From Bdellovibrionales bacterium (GTDB lineage Bacteria; Bdellovibrionota; Bdellovibrionia; Bdellovibrionales; UBA1609): DNA of 64,000 nt. Under the pieces are notes generated by a model. It was not told the origin of the DNA, made no database searches, and worked only from the letters and a program-made list of their open reading frames with translations. Positions 61,610-64,000 of the stretch are shown here, piece after piece. The DNA is taken from NCBI GenBank assembly GCA_965226095.1, contig OZ245336.1:690467-754466 (forward strand), read 5' to 3'. The position numbers and the translations under genes were made by a program. Each line of letters opens with the position of its first letter. The stretch's first letter is position 1.

Positions 61610-64000
61610 GTGGATACAACAAAACTCACTCCCTTAATGAAGCAGTATTGGCAAGTAAAATCCAAGCATCCCGATAAAATCGTGTTATTCAGGATGGGTG
61701 ATTTTTTTGAGATGTTTTATGAGGACGCTGAAAAAGCCGCACCAATTTTAAATATTGTCCTCACTTCAAGAAATAAAAAATGTTCTGATTCTGTGAAAAT
61801 GTGCGGATTGCCTCACCATAGTGTAGCAGGCGCTATTGGTAAGCTGTTAAATGCTGATTTTAAAGTGGCAATATGTGATCAAGTGGAACCAGTGAGCCAG
61901 GCTAAGGGCTTGGTTAAGAGGGAAGTCACTCGTATTTTAACGCCCGGGATGGTGTACGATCCGGAAAGTCTGGATCAACTCTCTGCCAATTATTTATGTG
62001 CTTTGGATGAAAGCTCTGTGAGCTTTGTGGACCTCACAACCGGAGTTTCTTTTTTTTATCAGGTTTCCAATCCATCTCGTCAAAAACAACTCATTCATCT
62101 TCTCAATCCAGTGGAACTGGTTTTGTCTCCGGATCAAAAAGAAAAATATTTTTCAGATAAAGAATGGGAAACATATCATCACACCACTTTTGATTGTGAT
62201 ATTGATAATGGTTTGGAGGGTTCTTCTCTTCATCACTCATTTTCATTTGCTGATCAACCAGCCAGTGTTCAACGGTTGAAAAAGTATGTTGAAAGTCAAC
62301 AAGGTGTATTGTCTCTCAAAACGATTCAACCTTTTCAAAAAAAAGAATTTGAACAGCACATACAAATGAGTTCCACTGCGCATGGGCACCTGGAAGTATT
62401 TAAAACTTATGAAGGAGAAAAAAAAGACAGCCTGTTTTATTCCATCAACAGAACAAAAACCCCTTGTGGAGCCAGATTGTTGAAGCTTCGTATTCAAACG
62501 CCTTCCTGTCATAAAACAGAGATTGAGAAAAGATGGAATGCCGTGGATGAGTGGTTAAAAAACCCTGAAACAATCAAACAGGCCAGAGAGATTTTATTTA
62601 AAGTTGGGGATATTGAAAGACGTCTGGGTAAAATCAGTCATCCTCAATGCAATGGCCGGGATCTTCTGGGTTTGGCCACTTCTTTACATAATAGTTTATC
62701 CGCACTGAGTCTATGTTCCGGTATGTCTTTGGATAGGGAAACAGCACTGGCACTTCAGGAGCTATCCAATGAAACAAACAATACTATTCGTTCAGATGCT
62801 CCTATGAGTAACCAACAAGGTTACATCATAAAAAAAGGTGTATCTGATGAGTTGGATAAACTTATTGAGAATAGTGAAAGCAGACAATCCAGTTTAAAAC
62901 GTTTGGAAGATCAGGAAAGAATGCAAACAGGGATACCTTCACTAAAGATTCGCTATAACTCTGTATTTGGTTACTATATTGAAGTCACTAAAGTGCATTC
63001 CAAAAAAATACCTGGTCATTATATAAGGAAACAAACATTAACCCAGGCAGAGCGATACACAACAGAAAAATTACAGACAATTGAAGAGCAAATTCTTTCC
63101 GCTCGAGTGCGAAGGTTGGAAATGGAACTCAAGGTATTTGAAGAGTTAAGGCAAAAAATCATACATATGCTTCCGGATTTATTTTATCTGTCTCGTTTAA
63201 CTTGTGAAATGGATGTGAATGTTTCATGGGCTTGGTTGGCTATCGAACGGGCTTATGTTCGTCCTCGTTTTGCCTCGGATGCACAATTGGTTTTAGTGAA
63301 TAGCCGTCATCCGGTGGTGGAGCAAAAGCTTGCGCAGGCTTTTGTTCCAAATACTGTACGTATGAAATCAGGAGAGTGTTTGTTGCTAACAGGACCTAAT
63401 ATGGCTGGTAAAAGTACTTTGATGCGACAGGTGGCTCTCACTGTGATCATGGCGCAGGCTGGTGGGTTTGTTCCTGCTGAACAAGCGCTTTTGCCTGTAT
63501 TTAAAAAAATATTCACACGCATTGGAGCCAGTGATTCGCTTTCCAAGGGTTTGTCCACTTTCATGATGGAAATGAAAGAGTCTGTAGAAATTTTAAAAAA
63601 TGCTGATGAGGACTCTTTAATTATTCTGGATGAAATCGGAAGAGGCACGGCCACTTATGATGGAATGAGTTTAGCACAAGCCATATTGGAATACTTAGTG
63701 ACCAAAAAGAAGAGTCTCATTTTTTTTGCCACTCACTATCATGAACTTACAGAGCTTTCCAAAAGTCTCTCTTCGGTAAGAAATGCACATATCAGTGTTA
63801 AAGAGGAAAAAGGAGTAGTGGATTTTCTCTATACTTTAGTATCTGGTGCTTCAGCGCAATCTTACGGAGTGCATGTCGCGCGCTTGGCAGGTTTTCCAAT
63901 GGAAATTTTGGCTCGTGCAGAAAAGTTATTACAACAAAGAGAACAACCTGCACCCGATTCTTCCTCTCGTACGAAACTCTCAACGGCATCTTCTGCTTCA
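61610..64000 (+). CDS. mutS: DNA mismatch repair protein MutS (3' end outside the window)
   Basis: I translated this by hand. The frame is open from the TAG at 61598-61600 to the window end (797 codons from the GTG at 61610). Motifs are TPLMKQYWQVKSKHPDKIVLFRMGDFFEMFYEDA, RHPVVE, Walker A GPNMAGKST, STFMMEM, DEIGRGTATYDG and FATHYHEL. It is absent from the ORF track because it has no stop in the window. Confidence 0.93.
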   Translation, partial: MDTTKLTPLMKQYWQVKSKHPDKIVLFRMGDFFEMFYEDAEKAAPILNIVLTSRNKKCSDSVKMCGLPHHSVAGAIGKLLNADFKVAICDQVEPVSQAKGLVKREVTRILTPGMVYDPESLDQLSANYLCALDESSVSFVDLTTGVSFFYQVSNPSRQKQLIHLLNPVELVLSPDQKEKYFSDKEWETYHHTTFDCDIDNGLEGSSLHHSFSFADQPASVQRLKKYVESQQGVLSLKTIQPFQKKEFEQHIQMSSTAHGHLEVFKTYEGEKKDSLFYSINRTKTPCGARLLKLRIQTPSCHKTEIEKRWNAVDEWLKNPETIKQAREILFKVGDIERRLGKISHPQCNGRDLLGLATSLHNSLSALSLCSGMSLDRETALALQELSNETNNTIRSDAPMSNQQGYIIKKGVSDELDKLIENSESRQSSLKRLEDQERMQTGIPSLKIRYNSVFGYYIEVTKVHSKKIPGHYIRKQTLTQAERYTTEKLQTIEEQILSARVRRLEMELKVFEELRQKIIHMLPDLFYLSRLTCEMDVNVSWAWLAIERAYVRPRFASDAQLVLVNSRHPVVEQKLAQAFVPNTVRMKSGECLLLTGPNMAGKSTLMRQVALTVIMAQAGGFVPAEQALLPVFKKIFTRIGASDSLSKGLSTFMMEMKESVEILKNADEDSLIILDEIGRGTATYDGMSLAQAILEYLVTKKKSLIFFATHYHELTELSKSLSSVRNAHISVKEEKGVVDFLYTLVSGASAQSYGVHVARLAGFPMEILARAEKLLQQREQPAPDSSSRTKLSTASSAS

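Noticed and set aside
62025-63989. Track ORFs 62025..62279 (+), 62243..62512 (-), 63307..63654 (-) and 63798..63989 (-).
   Set aside because: All lie inside the hand-translated mutS reading frame and carry no motifs of their own.

Overview
Visibly AT-rich Gram-negative chromosomal window, mostly housekeeping genes in recognisable syntenic blocks. The blocks are: (1) rpsB-tsf-pyrH-frr-uppS-rseP-tsaB-rluD on the + strand (2.8-9.9 kb). (2) cupin-dnaX-recR-mglA-small ORF on the - strand (10.4-13.9 kb). (3) gloB. (4) A TonB-dependent receptor followed by a six-gene TonB2-type energiser cluster (DUF3450/TtpB-like, TtpC-like, ExbB, ExbD, TonB, TPR/TtpD-like; 16.3-24.6 kb). (5) A class A PBP, two DUF507-like genes, a putative OM barrel, maeB and PMM/PGM. 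(6) gor, PNP, an MtaD-like deaminase and a LolC/E-like permease. (7) tRNA-Leu(GAG) and yajC-secD-secF. (8) A - strand type II secretion operon, gspF-G-H-I-J-K-L-M-N-like plus one extra ORF (46.1-55.2 kb), with no secretin, ATPase, GspC or prepilin peptidase gene in the window. (9) mutS, which runs off the right end and is missing from the ORF track because it has no stop in the window. Accessory patches are an HNH endonuclease plus a HepT/MNT pair at the left edge, several Cys-containing lipoproteins (31.7-36.2 kb and 41.7-42.6 kb), and a 55.2-61.5 kb patch next to the T2SS operon. That patch encodes a signal-peptide protein ending in an RpoA alpha-CTD-like HhH domain, an 860-880 aa Cys-repeat/Gly-rich exported protein and an NlpC/P60-type lipoprotein. 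A short palindromic repeat family (core CTTGAAAAGTC...GACTTTTCAAG) recurs in four intergenic regions, and one copy lies beside a duplicated gene 3' end. No rRNA, CRISPR array, transposase or integrase was seen. The gene content (MglA without MglB, T2SS, many lipoproteins) suggests a Bdellovibrionota/Oligoflexia-like organism, but that is inference only. I found no unambiguous novel multi-gene system. The best candidates for follow-up are the T2SS-adjacent secretome patch, the divergent MglA, and the palindromic repeat family.
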